From: Felis catus | Lineage: Eukaryota | NCBI RefSeq assembly: GCF_018350175.1 | Contig: NC_058368.1 | Coordinates: forward strand, 32,614,001-32,678,000 | Length of the DNA stretch: 64,000 bases | Direction: 5' to 3' | Shown here: piece after piece, positions 1 to 13,410 of the stretch | Layout: the number at the start of each line of letters is the position of its first letter | Position numbering within the stretch: the first letter of the stretch is position 1 | The notes under the pieces: model-generated | What the model was told of the DNA's origin: nothing | Seen by the model: the letters and a program-made list of their open reading frames with translations, nothing else | Databases searched by the model: none | Translations under genes and position numbers: made by a program

Positions 1-350
1 CGGATTTTTCTGCGTGCCTATTTTTGATGAGTCATTCGCTGGCTCAGTAATTATCCTCACAGGAATTTTCTGATCAATATTCAGTAAAGTGTCAAGGGAA
101 CCGTGCAGATTTCTGGGACTCTTTCCCTGTGTAGCTTTTTCTTCTTTGGTACCCTGCTTTATGAATTCTAGCTACTGTGGTCTCCACCAATTCTTAAGTT
201 TGTCTCCTTAACTGAGCAGGACTGGTAGGCTCTATTTTGATTTCCCCTTCCCTTTGGGGACCTGGAAAGTGTGCACAGACCAAGCTTGTACAAACATGGC
301 GTTTCCTTATGTGTTTCAGTCACTCAGTGATTACTGTTTTCTATTGCCTC
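1..350 (-). mobile_element. Ancient L1M 5'-region relic
   Basis: Motifs such as tgcagatttctgggactcttt...tgaattctagctac...tccccttccct resemble antisense L1MC/L1ME 5' UTR sequence; recognised from memory, highly decayed. Confidence 0.45.
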
Positions 351-464
351 TTCAAATGCTTGAAACTTGCTTCATATTGAACACTTGTTTTTAAAGAAAC
401 AGACTACAAAGAGTTTATTGACATGATATATTGCACTTTGCAACTAATCTTCAAAAAATAAAAA

Positions 465-705
465 GGGGAACACCTGAGTGGCTTAGTTGTTTAAGTATCA
501 GACTCACGATCTCTGCTCAGGTCACGATCGCAGGGTTCATGGGATCGAGGCTCGCTTTGGACTCTGTGCTGACAGCACAGAGCCTTCTTGGGATTCTCTC
601 TCTCCCTCTCTCTCAGCCCTTCCCCAGCTTACATGCTCTCTCTCTCAAAATAAATAAATAAATAAACACATAAATAAACACATAAATAAATAAATAAATA
701 AATAA
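465..705 (+). mobile_element. CanSINE (SINEC, feliform)
   Basis: gggg..cacctgagtggcttag head, (CT)n tract, (TAAA)n tail. Confidence 0.95.
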
Positions 706-739
706 GCTGCTTGTCTAATTTTTATGTATTAACAGGGAA

Positions 740-1175
740 AAATACCACCCCATTGCAGTGGGTGTATTAACAAAGAATATCCATAATTGGCTGAAAAGCC
801 TATTGGAATACTGTTGTCCTTTCTGTAAAGGGCCACTTTTCCTCCCATACTTCAGCCAAAACTTGATATTTCAACAGACTGAATACAGAGGCAGAAAGAA
901 GAGTTTAGATCTCTTCTATCAAGCCAGACATAAGAAAAAAAAAAGGAAAAATATAAAACAATTCCATTCATCACTATTCTGGGGGAAATTATATTTTTAA
1001 GATTTCAGATTTGTCAGTATAATGGGCTTAATTTTTAGTGAGTTCATTAAAAATATTTTAAAATATATTTTAATTCTAATATGGTAGATATTAATACCTA
1101 TAAACCAAATAGAATGTCTTTAAGTTTCACAGTACTTAAATAAGTTAAATATTACTATCATTAAGATATTGAGAA
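740..1175. mobile_element. hAT-Charlie DNA transposon relic
   Basis: aacagactgaatacagaggcaga...tcttctatcaagccagacata resembles the Charlie1 3' region. Confidence 0.5.
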
Positions 1176-1189
1176 TTGCTGATCTATTT

Positions 1190-1413
1190 CTTTTTTAAAA
1201 AATTTTTATAATGTTTATTATTTATTTGTGAGAGGGAAAGAAACAGCACAAGTTGGGGAGGGTGAAAGAGAGAGGGAGACACAGAATCTGAAGCAGGCTC
1301 CAGGCTCTGTGCTGTCAGCACAGAGCTCGACACAGGGCTTAAACTCACAAGCCATGAGACCATGACCTGAGCCGAAGTTGGATGTCCAACCGGCTGAGCT
1401 ACCCAGGCACCCC
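1190..1413 (-). mobile_element. CanSINE
   Basis: Full antisense copy ending cccaggcacccc; TSD tgctgat(c/t)tattt at 1177-1189 and 1414-1426. Confidence 0.97.
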
Positions 1414-3399
1414 TGCTGATTTATTTAATTTCCTTATACTTATTACAATTTTTACTCATTTGAAGCAAGCAGATGACAATTTTATGTAGCTACTTTTGTT
1501 GTTAATGTAAATGTATTAAATAGGTTAAATTAAATTTTTTTGTGTAAAAACTGTGTGCACCCCAATATTTGAAGATATTTGCCCCCATTTTTAAAGTCAG
1601 TGATTCAACACAAAGGCTGAAAACTATGTGAGACAGAAATGTTTATGTAATTTCTCCTTTGAGCTGCTCTAGTGGCTTCTTGTCATTTAGGATGAATGCA
1701 TGAGATAAAGGGTGCGGTGAGAGGGTTGTATAAGGGATAATATCCATTCATACCTACCCTGAAAAACTCAAGATTCTGCATGGATTTGAGCTGTTACTTA
1801 CAGAGATCTCTACATGACATCCAACTATGCCACTGTCTGTTTCTGAGATTTATGTTAAAGCATCATATAGGGAAATCCACTCACAGAAAAATGCTTAGGG
1901 GCCTGCCCAAATCCCTATACCTCTTAAAAGATCTGGCAGTAGAATATGGAACCAGGATTCTATTTGCATTCCCAGGAGCATTGCAATTTATCACTCTGCT
2001 AGCTGTACTTCTTCAGCAAAGAAATATATAAATTTCACCTTGGAGGAATTAGCTGAGCTGCTTTTTGTGCATTTGTAATATGTGCATGTATTCTGACTCT
2101 ACTATTTTATTGGTGTGAATCATGAATCAGTTCTTTACTTTATTTCTTACATCTTCCACTCAAAAAAGACCTTTAAAAGTCACCTAAGAAAAGACTGTGA
2201 GTCCCTTGAGACTAGTAAATCTCTACTCCTTATTTGATTTGTTACAATGTTAAAAATCTTTTCCTGACAAGCCTAAAGCTCTATATAGGAAATTTTTGTC
2301 CTTTTTTAAAGGTCTTCCTTCAGGATGAGGATTTAGGTTGTATTTAATTTAAACTCTAGCAGAATTTGACACCATCTAAGATTAAAAGAAAAATTAATTA
2401 GCTTCACATTAACTTCTATAATGTAATTGCATATGATAAAATCATTTGTATTTTTGCATCTTTGGTAAAAACTATCCTAATTTATTACCTTTCCAAAAAA
2501 TAATTGCAGTTATTAATTATTCTTTTCCTTTCTATTACAATCTCAAAAAGTTACACCAAGCTGCCATGTCATAAACATTTGTTAAATGAATTTAAAAATA
2601 TTTCTTGCAATGGAAATATAAATATTTGTAAAATTTAAATCAACTTAAGCATAATAATATTTAATCCTCTAAATATAAGTTAACATGTCTATGGTAGATA
2701 ATATAGAAGAAAGTATTAAATAATTGATTACTTAATATATTTTATCTTTATTTTTGGGTATGACATACACATTTATCTTTGTGTGTATATATGTTTGTGG
2801 GTGGGGGTGGAGAGCTGGTAGGTAAATATTTGTTCACCTCAACTCCCCTAATCATAAGCTTCCTGAGAAAATGACAAGGATTAAGTATTAAAACAGTTGC
2901 ATCCTTTATGTCACTAACTAAAGTATACTGTAAATAATAGATACATTTTTTGATTGATTGTAAAGCGATAAACTTAATACACGTTAACTTTTTTTAAATT
3001 CTCTAATTATAAGATTGAAGATTTCATATATAGGGAGACCAGAACAACTGCTCACTTCTGAAGTTTCAAAATGTTTATACATTTAGAAAGTTTTGATTAG
3101 ATTGATATTAATTTATATTTTCTAGAGAAGGACAACAACATATAACAAAAAACATTTAAAAGTAATAAACTACTTGTCTCTTAGGAAAAAATCTATTATT
3201 TTCTCAGTCAAAAATTTACCTGAACATCATAATGTTTTGAATAGTATCTCTGCCAAAATGGTAATCTAGATGACATAAAAATTATCCAAGACCAGTGACT
3301 TAAAAAATACAATAAACATCTGTTTCAATGCACAGAAGTGAAATAATAAATTTCCAGTTAGCATTCACAAGAAAAGAAGTGAAAACTAAAGCAGTGAAC

Positions 3400-3760
3400 A
3401 TATGTACAAATTGCATCTCTTATGATTTCCCTTATAAAAAGATGAGTGAGACAATGTACAAAAGTCAATGACTACAGATTTCTCAGAACTGATGAAAAAC
3501 AAGAATCCTTACATACCAAAGTACAATTCACCTAAGCCAGGTAAATAAAATGTAACTCACATGCGAACACAAAATGATATGCATATAAGAAAAAAAACAA
3601 AGACCCAAAAGAGTCTTAAATTACATATTAATGACCCTTTCCAACGAAGAAAATGAGACTAGCAGATGATTTCATATGAGCAAAAATAGAAATCACAAAA
3701 ATATTAAATATCTATCATCAAATATTGAGAACAAATTATTTGTCCACCTGAAGTTACCAT
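3400..3760 (+). mobile_element. Ancient L1 ORF1 or HAL1-like relic
   Basis: A-rich; tttctcagaactgatgaaaaac and agactagcagatgatttc resemble L1 ORF1. Confidence 0.4.
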
Positions 3761-3849
3761 TATATTTATAATTAAATCCAGACCTATTTTAAAGCTATGA
3801 TGTCATTAAACTATCCACCCCATGGCTATAGTTTTAGCCTTGTGGAACA

Positions 3850-4072
3850 ACCAATTTGAGGATAAAACCAATCACAAAAGGAAGCAGAAATGAAAAATGG
3901 AACAAAATCTTGAGGGGATTCAAGTTCCTGATTCCAGCCATTTCTAAGGCTAACCTCATCCCAGTTCTTCCTGCAGTTGATGTTTACGAACCAATACATT
4001 TCTTATTTGCCTCTTAGTTAGATTTATATTTCTGTCACTTGCAACCAAAACGACTATGAATATAATAAGTGA
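3850..4072 (+). mobile_element. MaLR MLT1-type LTR 3' part
   Basis: Ends in ttctgtcacttgcaaccaaaa, the typical MLT1J/K/L terminus. Confidence 0.6.
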
Positions 4073-4615
4073 AAATAAGGTCTCTGAGACTAGCTAAAAT
4101 CACTCTTGATATTCTTTAATGAATTTCATATAGTCTATGACTTATAGACATATTATTTTGTCTGTCTATTCTGAATAGCAATGATACAAATGTAATTCTA
4201 TTACGAAGCACATAATTTTTAATTAGTTCAAAAGATAGCCTCATGATTTCTGTCATTTATAATAATAATAGCACTCTAATTATTCTCTTTCCATTAACCT
4301 CTTTTCCTTTCCATCCATCCTTCACACTGCAATTAGGAATACCTACAAAAACTTCAGTCCAATCGCACAATCTCTCAAATGGCTTTCCTCTATGAAAATA
4401 ACTATAAGAGAAGAAAAAAAGAAAGCAAGTCAAATTACCTATCACATTTAAAATATCAAAAATATGTAATTAGCTAGCATATTTGACGTTATTTGCCATT
4501 TACATTGGACATGATCTTTGGATCATGTTATTTTCGTGGTTAACATGGTATTCTTCTACTCCTTCATCTATTAAAATTCTGTGTACCCTTCATGTTCTAA
4601 CTCAAATACTTTTTC

Positions 4616-4837
4616 TTTTTTGTAATTTTTTTAACATTTATTTATTTCGAGAGAGAGAGAGAGTACACAAGCAGGGGAGGGGCAGAAAGAGAGGGAGAGA
4701 GGGAGAGAATCCCAAGCAGGCATCAGCTTTCTGCTGATAGTGCAGAGCCTGTTGTGGGGCTCGAACTCACTAATTGTGAGATCATGAGCCAAATTCAAGA
4801 GTTGGACTCTTAACCAACTGAGTCACCCAGGCGCCCC
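4616..4837 (-). mobile_element. CanSINE
   Basis: T-rich tail, (GA)n tract, ends cacccaggcgcccc. Confidence 0.96.
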
Positions 4838-5258
4838 ATAATGCTTTTTCTTCTGTGATGTTTTTTCAAAGCTGATACTAAAATCTGTCTCATTTCCTTG
4901 GCCCTATATCTATTTGATTTTACATTATTGGACTCATGCCAGTATTACCAATCTTTTTGTTAATCATTTACATTCCCACATTTCTATATAGATCATGAGC
5001 TTTTTAAGGGCTAGAACATTGTCAACTACATTTTTACAAGTACCAAATATTTATAAATGTTTTTGGATGGGATTAATATTCAGTTATTTTACTGCTTTAT
5101 GCCAGTACTGTATCCAATTGAAGTTGTGTTTTATAATATGCATTATAATTCCAGCTTGACTTCCTTTAGCTCTGATTTTAGGAAACATTTTACTTATTAC
5201 ACCATGCAAACTAAAATTAAACCTATAGAAAAATTTGGAAGTTCACAAGACAATTTTT

Positions 5259-5472
5259 TTTAATTTTTTTTCAACGTTTATTTATTTTTGGGACAGAGAG
5301 AGACAGAGCATGAACGGGCGAGGGGCAGAGAGAGAGGGAGACACAGAATCGGAAACAGGCTCCAGGCTCTGAGCCATCAGCCCAGAGCCTGACGCGGGGC
5401 TCGAACTCATGGACCGCGAGATCGTGATCTGGCTGAAGTCGGACGCTTACCGACTGCGCCACCCAGGCGCCC
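5259..5472 (-). mobile_element. Young felid SINE (SINEC_Fc type)
   Basis: CpG-rich, near-consensus copy; perfect TSD cacaagacaattttt at 5244-5258 and 5472-5486. Confidence 0.98.
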
Positions 5473-5829
5473 ACAAGACAATTTTTAAAACTTCACTTAA
5501 TAACATAATATAAGCATAACAGTTTACAGTTCAAAATGCCATCCCTTTAGAAGAATATATGAGATATAAATACTCAGGCTTCAAAAAAAACCTACTTTGC
5601 TTGCAGAGGAGCAAAAGAAAGGTAGATAGCCATTAGAATAAATTAAAATGCTATGCATGAACAAAATAAAGCATTTTAGCTTAAAAAATTAAAATTCAGG
5701 CTTACAGTTAAACGGGGAAATATTAGAAGTACTTTTAATGTGTGACTCTACGTGAAAGAGTACACTCAGTTTTGTATCATCCATTTTACTGAATCAGAAG
5801 CTTCAGGTTAGTTTAGAAAGAAACAGTCT

Positions 5830-6025
5830 GGGGGCTCCTGGGCGCCCAGTACAGCGACTGACTCTTGATTTTAGCTCAGGTCATGATCTCACTGTTTGTG
5901 GGTTTGAGCCCGAGTCAGGCTCTGTGCTGACAGCACGGAGCCTGCTTCTGATTCTCTGTCTCCTTCTCTCTCCTCCCCTCCCCCCTCCTTGTGGTCTTTC
6001 TCTCTCAAAATAAATAAATAAACAT
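5830..6025 (+). mobile_element. CanSINE
   Basis: gggggctcctggg head, gctcaggtcatgatctc core, taaataaataaa tail. Confidence 0.95.
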
Positions 6026-6027
6026 TG

Positions 6028-6072
6028 ACACTCACACACACGCACACGCACACGCACACACACACACACACA
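6028..6072. repeat. Compound (CA)n/(CACACG)n microsatellite
   Basis: Read directly. Confidence 0.95.
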
Positions 6073-7184
6073 ATCTATTAGGCACTGTTTAGCCAACAAA
6101 GCAAAAAAGAGTGAGTTCTGGGGGGAAGGGGCATTCCCCCATACTGAATGCTCAATCTAAATCACAGGGTAGTCTTGAAATTGCGGTAGCTGCTGTATGA
6201 AACACTAAAGAAAAACAGACATGTAAAAACTCACCATTGGAAACTAATATGTCAACTACACCACAATAAAATTAATTCATTAATTAATAAAATAAAATAC
6301 AGTTGGGACTATCAGAGAGGCGCATGTGTGTATATGTGTTTGGGTATGTTTGTGACTAAATTTTTCACAATGTTAGGAATAAAAATTTTAAGTGGATAAA
6401 ATTGAGTATACAGAATATTGCTAGATGACATTTTCCTAAATATTTTTTAGTTAAACACATAGAAAGCAGCTACATTATTTTATTTATAATAGCTTTTGGT
6501 CCTCTTTTATAGGACACTGGGGACTGTGTTTTGCTCATATAACTTCATTAAAGACTACAGATTAGACTATTCTACATACGTTAAACTAAAACTTTAGAGT
6601 TAAATACACTCACTTTTGTAATACATGGTACCTACGTAAATAATCAATAATCCACATCATGTTTATTAGTGTTTCAGTAGGATGCTTCAAATTGTCAGAA
6701 ATTATACATAAATCTTTGTCCTTTAACTCTCAGAGGTCGTATTTTATTGAGTATTATGGAAATTTGCTGGGCAAAAATGGGTAACATTATGAATTGAATA
6801 CCATAGAGTCACCTGCCAATTGCCAATTTATATTTCAAAGGATTATTTTAATATGATTTTTCAAAACTTGGGTGTAATGTATTTTTACCTGCTGCTAGAA
6901 ATTTTAAAATGGAATGACTCCGATATATACAATCTAATGATCTTATATAATCTACCTATTAAATAGTGATTATCTAATTTAATTTTCAAACCTAATGTAA
7001 AATATCATCTAATCTTCACTAAAGATAAATTTTGTGTTTAAATAGAAGAATGCAAATTTAATCCCAGGGATAACTTCAAGGAAGTAGGAACACAATTCCA
7101 TCCTGTCATGTCTTCAGCCAATTGCTTTTACTGAGTTCTTTCTATCTCCCAGTGTGCTACCTCTCCCTACGTGTCTTCTATCCA

Positions 7185-7625
7185 CCATTTATTCATTCAT
7201 TCAGGATATTTATAAATTACATACTATGTGCTAGGATGAGTGCACATGACACAGAAGCAAAAAGGCTGGAGATGATGCTACATTCTTGTGCAGATAAAAA
7301 AGTGTATAAGTACAGAAGATATGGAAATACCTAAATAAATATATTCAGACCTTGATAAAATCTGTGATGATAGTAAAATTGGATATTTGTATCTAGAGTG
7401 ACTTAAATTGGCTTTTCAGACAATCAGGATAATGAGTTTGTATTTTAATCTGAGTGCAGAGGAAACCATTGGAGGTTTTAAAGCAGAGGAATACATGATG
7501 TAATTTATGTTGTTAGAAGACCACTCTGATTACTAAGTGCAGGATACGTTTTAGGGTCAACATAAATAGGCAGATCATGTAGGTTGCAGTTGCAGTAGGA
7601 CCAGCATGGTAGCAGTAAAGGTGGA
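7185..7625 (-). mobile_element. L2 relic
   Basis: attcattcattca 3' tail and actatgtgctagg; downstream aagcagaggaatacatgatg...ccactctg motifs. Confidence 0.65.
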
Positions 7626-7835
7626 TCAAATTGTAGGAATCTGCCTGAAGTATCCTTCTTGCCAGAAACTTTTCTCCTGCCTGATGATTGGCATTCAGAA
7701 AAATCCCCTAAAAGAGAGGGGATTTGGTGGCATCAGGTACCCTAAACGAGAAGAGATACTGTTAGATAGGATTTCTGTTTGTAAGAAAGCTTTACTTTTG
7801 CTCAGAGTTCACTATTTAGGAAAAATAGTAATATG

Positions 7836-7839
7836 ATTT

Positions 7840-7878
<39 letters not shown>

Positions 7879-8025
7879 TTTGCAGGGAGAGACAGAGAAT
7901 CCCAAGCAGGCTCCACACTGTCAGCAAGGAGCCTGATGTGGAGCTCAGACTCACAAACTGGAGATAATGACCTTAGCTGAAGTCAAGAGTCAGATGCTTA
8001 ACTGACTGAGCCACTCAGGTGCCCC
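7836..8025 (-). mobile_element. CanSINE with expanded (TTTA)n tail
   Basis: About 10 TTTA units, then SINE body ending caggtgcccc. Confidence 0.95.
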
Positions 8026-8279
8026 TAATATTATTTCTTTATGGATGGGAATAATGAATGTGAATTGGAGGAATGATGAAAATATATAATGTTATTTCCA
8101 TAGACCATTTTGAGAGGAAAGGCTTTAACTTAATTAATAAAGATTATGGCATAAGATGAAGCCTTTCAACTCTCCTATAAGTTTCCATTATTTGGATCAG
8201 ATAATTACAGAGGGATGTAAAAATTATGCAATTCAAAATGATCAGCCCTTGAATTCAAGTCAAAAATTTTAATTTGCGT

Positions 8280-8440
8280 ACTTGAATATATTAGGCAATA
8301 AAACATATCCACTAAATTTAAAACTATTCTAGTTGTATATAAAGTCTGTTCACTGACCACAATCATACTAAATTAGAAATTAATAATAGAGATATATCTT
8401 TAAAAATTCGTGAAATGTTTGGAAACTAAATAATATGCTG
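8280..8440 (+). mobile_element. Old L1 ORF2 (endonuclease region) fragment
   Basis: ctgaccacaat...aaattagaaattaataata...tggaaactaaataat matches the end of the L1 EN domain. Confidence 0.65.
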
Positions 8441-9227
8441 TCTGGTTTGCAGAGACCTCTATTTGGAGGTCATAGACTGCCTGTCTTCTGAGATTTGAGG
8501 GTACTACCTTATATGGCTGAGACATCCTTCATGAGTTCTAACCTGAGCTGAAATACAACACGTTGCATTCCAAGCTGCTCCTTAAAGAGAGTAGCCATTG
8601 GCAACTCTCTTTTTCTTCAATCACCTAGACTTAGAGAAAGAAAACTCTCTTATTATGTTTTGCGCAAAACGACACTCTACAGAACTTCTGTGGTGCCTTG
8701 GTTAACTCCATTCTGGTTTTCCTTTTCCACTTAATAGTACCCATTTCTGTTCTGTTTTGGCTTAATTCATTATATTATTAATATCCACAAAGCAGTATCT
8801 GCTCATTTTTGGTACTTAATCACTAAGAATCTGAAATCTGAATCCCTTTTACTGAATACAGTTTCATACTTATCTAAGTGCTGTTATACAATTCACCTAC
8901 TCTGGTAACATATGGTAACATACTCTGATAAACTTGAAATTATAAACTATTGATGACTTTTAGAAGAGGGACTCAGAGACTTCATAACAGTACACTTTAC
9001 TTCTCTGCACCTGACTTCTTTCAACTTTTTTTTTTTTGCATCTCTTTGTGGTAAGACATCTACCATTTTAAATCTTCAATTCCAATTCAGTTTCTGGTAC
9101 TTCTTGAAGATATCCTTAGCAATTATATTCAGTATAGGCTCTACTGCAGAAATGCCCTAACATATGAGACTTCTCTATTTCAGAGTCAGTTTCAGCTAAG
9201 ACAAGATTTAGACCTCTAACACACCCA

Positions 9228-9452
9228 TTATATTATATATATTTATATATATATTATATAATTATTATAAATAAATAAAATAAATAAATAAATAATTATA
9301 TATATATAATTATATATATATATTATATATATTATAAATAAATAAAATAAATAAATAAATAAATATATATGTATATATGTATATATATGTATATATGTAT
9401 ATATGTATATATATACATATTTATTTATTTATTTATTTATTTGTTTGTTTTG
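9228..9452. repeat. AT-rich compound microsatellite (TA)n/(TAAA)n/(TATATG)n
   Basis: Read directly. Confidence 0.95.
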
Positions 9453-10024
9453 GTTTACATAATACCTCGTAGACCATTCCGTTGGCTGTTACATTAAGAA
9501 GAAAATCCTGGAACATGCATATTCCTAAAGGTTTATAGACTATCAATGATGCTTGATTTCTCCCTAAAATGTAAAACTTGAAAATGTAATCTCAATCTCA
9601 AAATGATTTTCAGTAGTTACCTTTGAGTATGAGGTGATGTTAAGAAATTAGTCTTATATTGATATCCTGTATTGTTTCTTTGAAAAACAGGCACAGTAAA
9701 GATGCATATAGGATTATTGCCTTAATTGTCTAGGTAATTATTGGGTTCAAGATACAGACTGTGCTGCACATAAACTCATAACCACTTCAAGTCTATACAC
9801 CAAATGCAATTCAAATGGTATTTTGGGTGATTCTCATTTTTGATGAGAAAAATATCTAGACTCCCTTATTATACTTTTCTGTGAAGCCTGGTGCTTCTTC
9901 TAGGATCACTTCATATTCAAAGGAGACAAAAGAAAAGATTGGGGACAAAGCATAATATCTTTCATTCCAATGTAGGAATAAGAGACATGAATATGGAGCA
10001 ATTTACATAATCTGTCTCTCTAGT

Positions 10025-10445
10025 GTCCCTTTCTCCATGCCTCTTGCCATATGACTGTGGTTTTTCCTAAGGAGGAGACATTTTCCTGCCCATTGAATCT
10101 TCACTTAGGCATTTTATTTCCTTTGACCAGTAAAATAATGAAGAGATGGAAGTGATGGTGTTCAAGTTTCATCCTTATACCTCAAGAATTAGTGCATGTT
10201 TTTTGTTTCTTCTCTTGCGTGTTTGTTATCCTATCAAAAAGATATGTCCAAACTAACTTTCACTGATTCAGGAGAAGGTTGAGAAATACTTGGAAAACAA
10301 TCATGGAAGTCTGGATCTGCTAACTACCACTTATACTAAGATTGCTTATTTGCTTAAGTGAGAAGCAAATATTTATTTCTGTGTGTCACTGAGATTCTTT
10401 ATCTGTTTTTTAACCAGCAATTTTGTGGTAATAGTTAATTGAATG
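10025..10445 (+). mobile_element. MaLR MLT1G/H-like LTR
   Basis: ccatgcctcttgccatatgact start; cactgagatt...cagcaatt...taatagttaattga end. Confidence 0.65.
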
Positions 10446-11789
10446 GATTGAGCCAACTACTCAAAACCAGTCAAAGAATATAGCCTCTTTTAATTGAATT
10501 TTCTCATACAACACTCACAAAAAACATTTATGTGTATGTATCAGATTTACTGAAAGTTTGAGGACAATATACTGGATGTGTACATGGATTCCTTAATTCT
10601 GAAAATATTATGTCGTCCTTCAGCCATCTTGCCACTGGGAAATTCTCTTTATTCATTTCCCTAGATTTTTACTTCCTAACATGGCTCTATCAAACAAGGA
10701 TTAATCTGACTTTACATTCTCTAACCCTCTGTGGCTTCCAGCTTTTCTCTTTATTTCATCATATAGATGAATTAATTCCCCCCTCCTACTCCTCAGCTCT
10801 GGGTTTACTTTTGCATATAGAAAGGATCTTTAATGGGATTTGCTGAACAGAATCACTTAATCAGTGTCTCATCACTTCATATCTAAAAGAACTGGCAAAG
10901 TTTAGAAATGCAAATCTTTCCTCTATCCTTCCTAGGTTCTTGTGGATGAAAGTGAGGAAAAGCCACATTTGTTTTCCCACTGATATAAAACTATGAATCG
11001 TCCTTATAAGGTAGAAACATCTATAATCATATTTTATCATAACTATGAATTGTTCATTGTACAGCTTTAATTTGTATAATACTGATGTTTATGTGAATAT
11101 TGTACATATACACACTCACACAACTGATCCATATTTAACAACTTACTATTCAGAAGTTGCAATCAGCACAGATCTACCTAAATGAATTAAATAATTGGCA
11201 TTATATTATTTGAGAGATTATGAAAATTTTACATGTAATTATTATAAACTAAAATTATTGTAAAAGAAAGTTTTCTGCTAAAAATCATGTTTTATTGTTA
11301 ATTAATGTTAACAAAAAAATGCCAAAAGTGATATGTGAAGGTAGAGAAACATTAGAAGAGTATATACATCTGGGGCTCAAAAAACAACTATGATTATATT
11401 ACTAATTTGGTCTTGATTAGTAGATGGTGTAATTGGTTAAATTTGATTTTTTAAAAAATCATTTAGTAGCAACATGAAAACCAATTTAGAAAGGATATAG
11501 GAAGACTCATTAGACGTCTTAAATATTTATCCAAAAAAAAATAAGGATGGTTGTTGCAAAGAAAATTGAAAAACATAGTAATTAGGAAGCAAAATTTATG
11601 GGACTTGGATATAGATTGGGTGTTACTTGTGAGGAAGAGAGACTAGAATAAGAGAGCTCTGTAGTTCACGCTTAAGTTTGAACTAATGAACAGATTGTGA
11701 TGATTTCTGCCTTTCCAATAGATTCAAACTATTCAGTGCTTTTTGATCCAACTGCAGCTGGTAAGAAATATCAGTTACTACAACCCAAC

Positions 11790-12460
11790 CTGTATTTTTT
11801 TGTAACCTGTATTTTTAACGAAGTATCTCTAGTTTTTCAAGAAGAACCCAGAGGCATTATTTTTCTTTCTCTGTCAGAGATGCTCTTAATAATGACTTCT
11901 GAAACTATAAATTCATGTGTGGAAGAGGGCAATATGGTTAGCATATTAGATCACTTATTCTTGAGAGGGTAAATACCATAGTCCCTCTCATCAAAATGGG
12001 CGCTATTATACTTGACATCAGTGGGACTCTCTAGAGATGCTAAATAGCATGTCCTGAAGCATCAAAAAATATAAGATGGGTAGAACCAGGGGCCGGTTGA
12101 CTCATAAATTTTATCTATGATGTGCTGACTCCCATTAGCTACCAGGGTTACTTTTTAGGAATTTTTCATTAAACTCGAGCTGAGAGAAAAAAATATTTTA
12201 TCTATCTCTGCTGAATTGTTAGATTTACGCCTCAAGAGTTTTCAGTGGTCAAAAACAAAATCTGACTGAGATTGAAACCAACATTCAGGAAAAATCAGTA
12301 AAAGAGAAAGGAGAGAGTGATTTCTGATGTCATTCCTGTGCATGGTTGGACTCAAATCTTGATATAATACATGATTTGGGGGTCAGTGAATTCCCTTTAA
12401 CTCCCCAAACTAATTTCATTTGGGTTTCTGAGCTCAAAACCAATAGTCATATTGAATGCT
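11790..12460 (+). mobile_element. MaLR MLT1K/L-like LTR relic
   Basis: tttgggtttctg...aaccaatagt terminus; decayed. Confidence 0.45.
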
Positions 12461-13379
12461 ATATTGTACAAATGATTGACAATTTTTAAGAGGGCTCATT
12501 TATATAAAAAGCATAATATACTTCATTATTTGCTGGGCATACCTTGAATTTCCTAATCAAATTGCAACTGTAATTTTGAATTTTTACTAAAATGGTTAAC
12601 TAGTAGATTTTATTACTATCCGGTCTATGCTGATGCTTAAAGAGGAATACCTTCTACTTACAGAATTAAAGATTTTGCAGTATGTCTCAAATATATAAAC
12701 CTTTGCCAAATCAATATATGCTAATACCTCAAGTATTTAAAAATGCTTTAAGGTTCTTCTATGGTATCATTACCCTATGTTCCATATGTCTAAAAGCACT
12801 TGGATATCGAATTTTAAGTGTCACTACTCGTGTTTGGTATTTATGTAGCTATATTTTAGGAAACTTGATAAAAATTAGGATAAAATGTAGGATTTATAGC
12901 TACTCTACAGAGCAAAATTCCAGTCAATATAATCATTTCTCATTGTAAGCCTGGGAATAAAGACAAGACTTGCAGTGAACAATGGGTTTAGAATCAAGCT
13001 ACTGAGTCAATAGAAAAAAATTCGAAGTATTTTATTTGTGTGATCTAAAAGAACTGTTGGAATTATAAAGTAATATACAGATAACGATTACTCCATTATG
13101 ATCTCAGTCTAAACATAATGCTCTTTAGAGTGAAGCTTAAGCTCTGGCTACATCAAAGCAACAATTGAGGATCAAAAGAGTCTGAAATACTTAAAAGGAC
13201 ATTTTTACATTTTAAAGATTACACTCTCCAAATAATTATAAATAAATATATTTATTGTGATAATTATAAACAAGTATATCTATTACATAAATAAATATAT
13301 TAGTGTTTCGTTTTGTGACTACAAATGCCAATAGTAATCTTTCAGTGATATTTCCATCACTTTTGTAAAATGAACTTAA

Positions 13380-13380
<1 letters not shown>

Positions 13381-13410
<30 letters not shown>
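13381..13410. repeat. (CA)n microsatellite
   Basis: Read directly. Confidence 0.95.
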
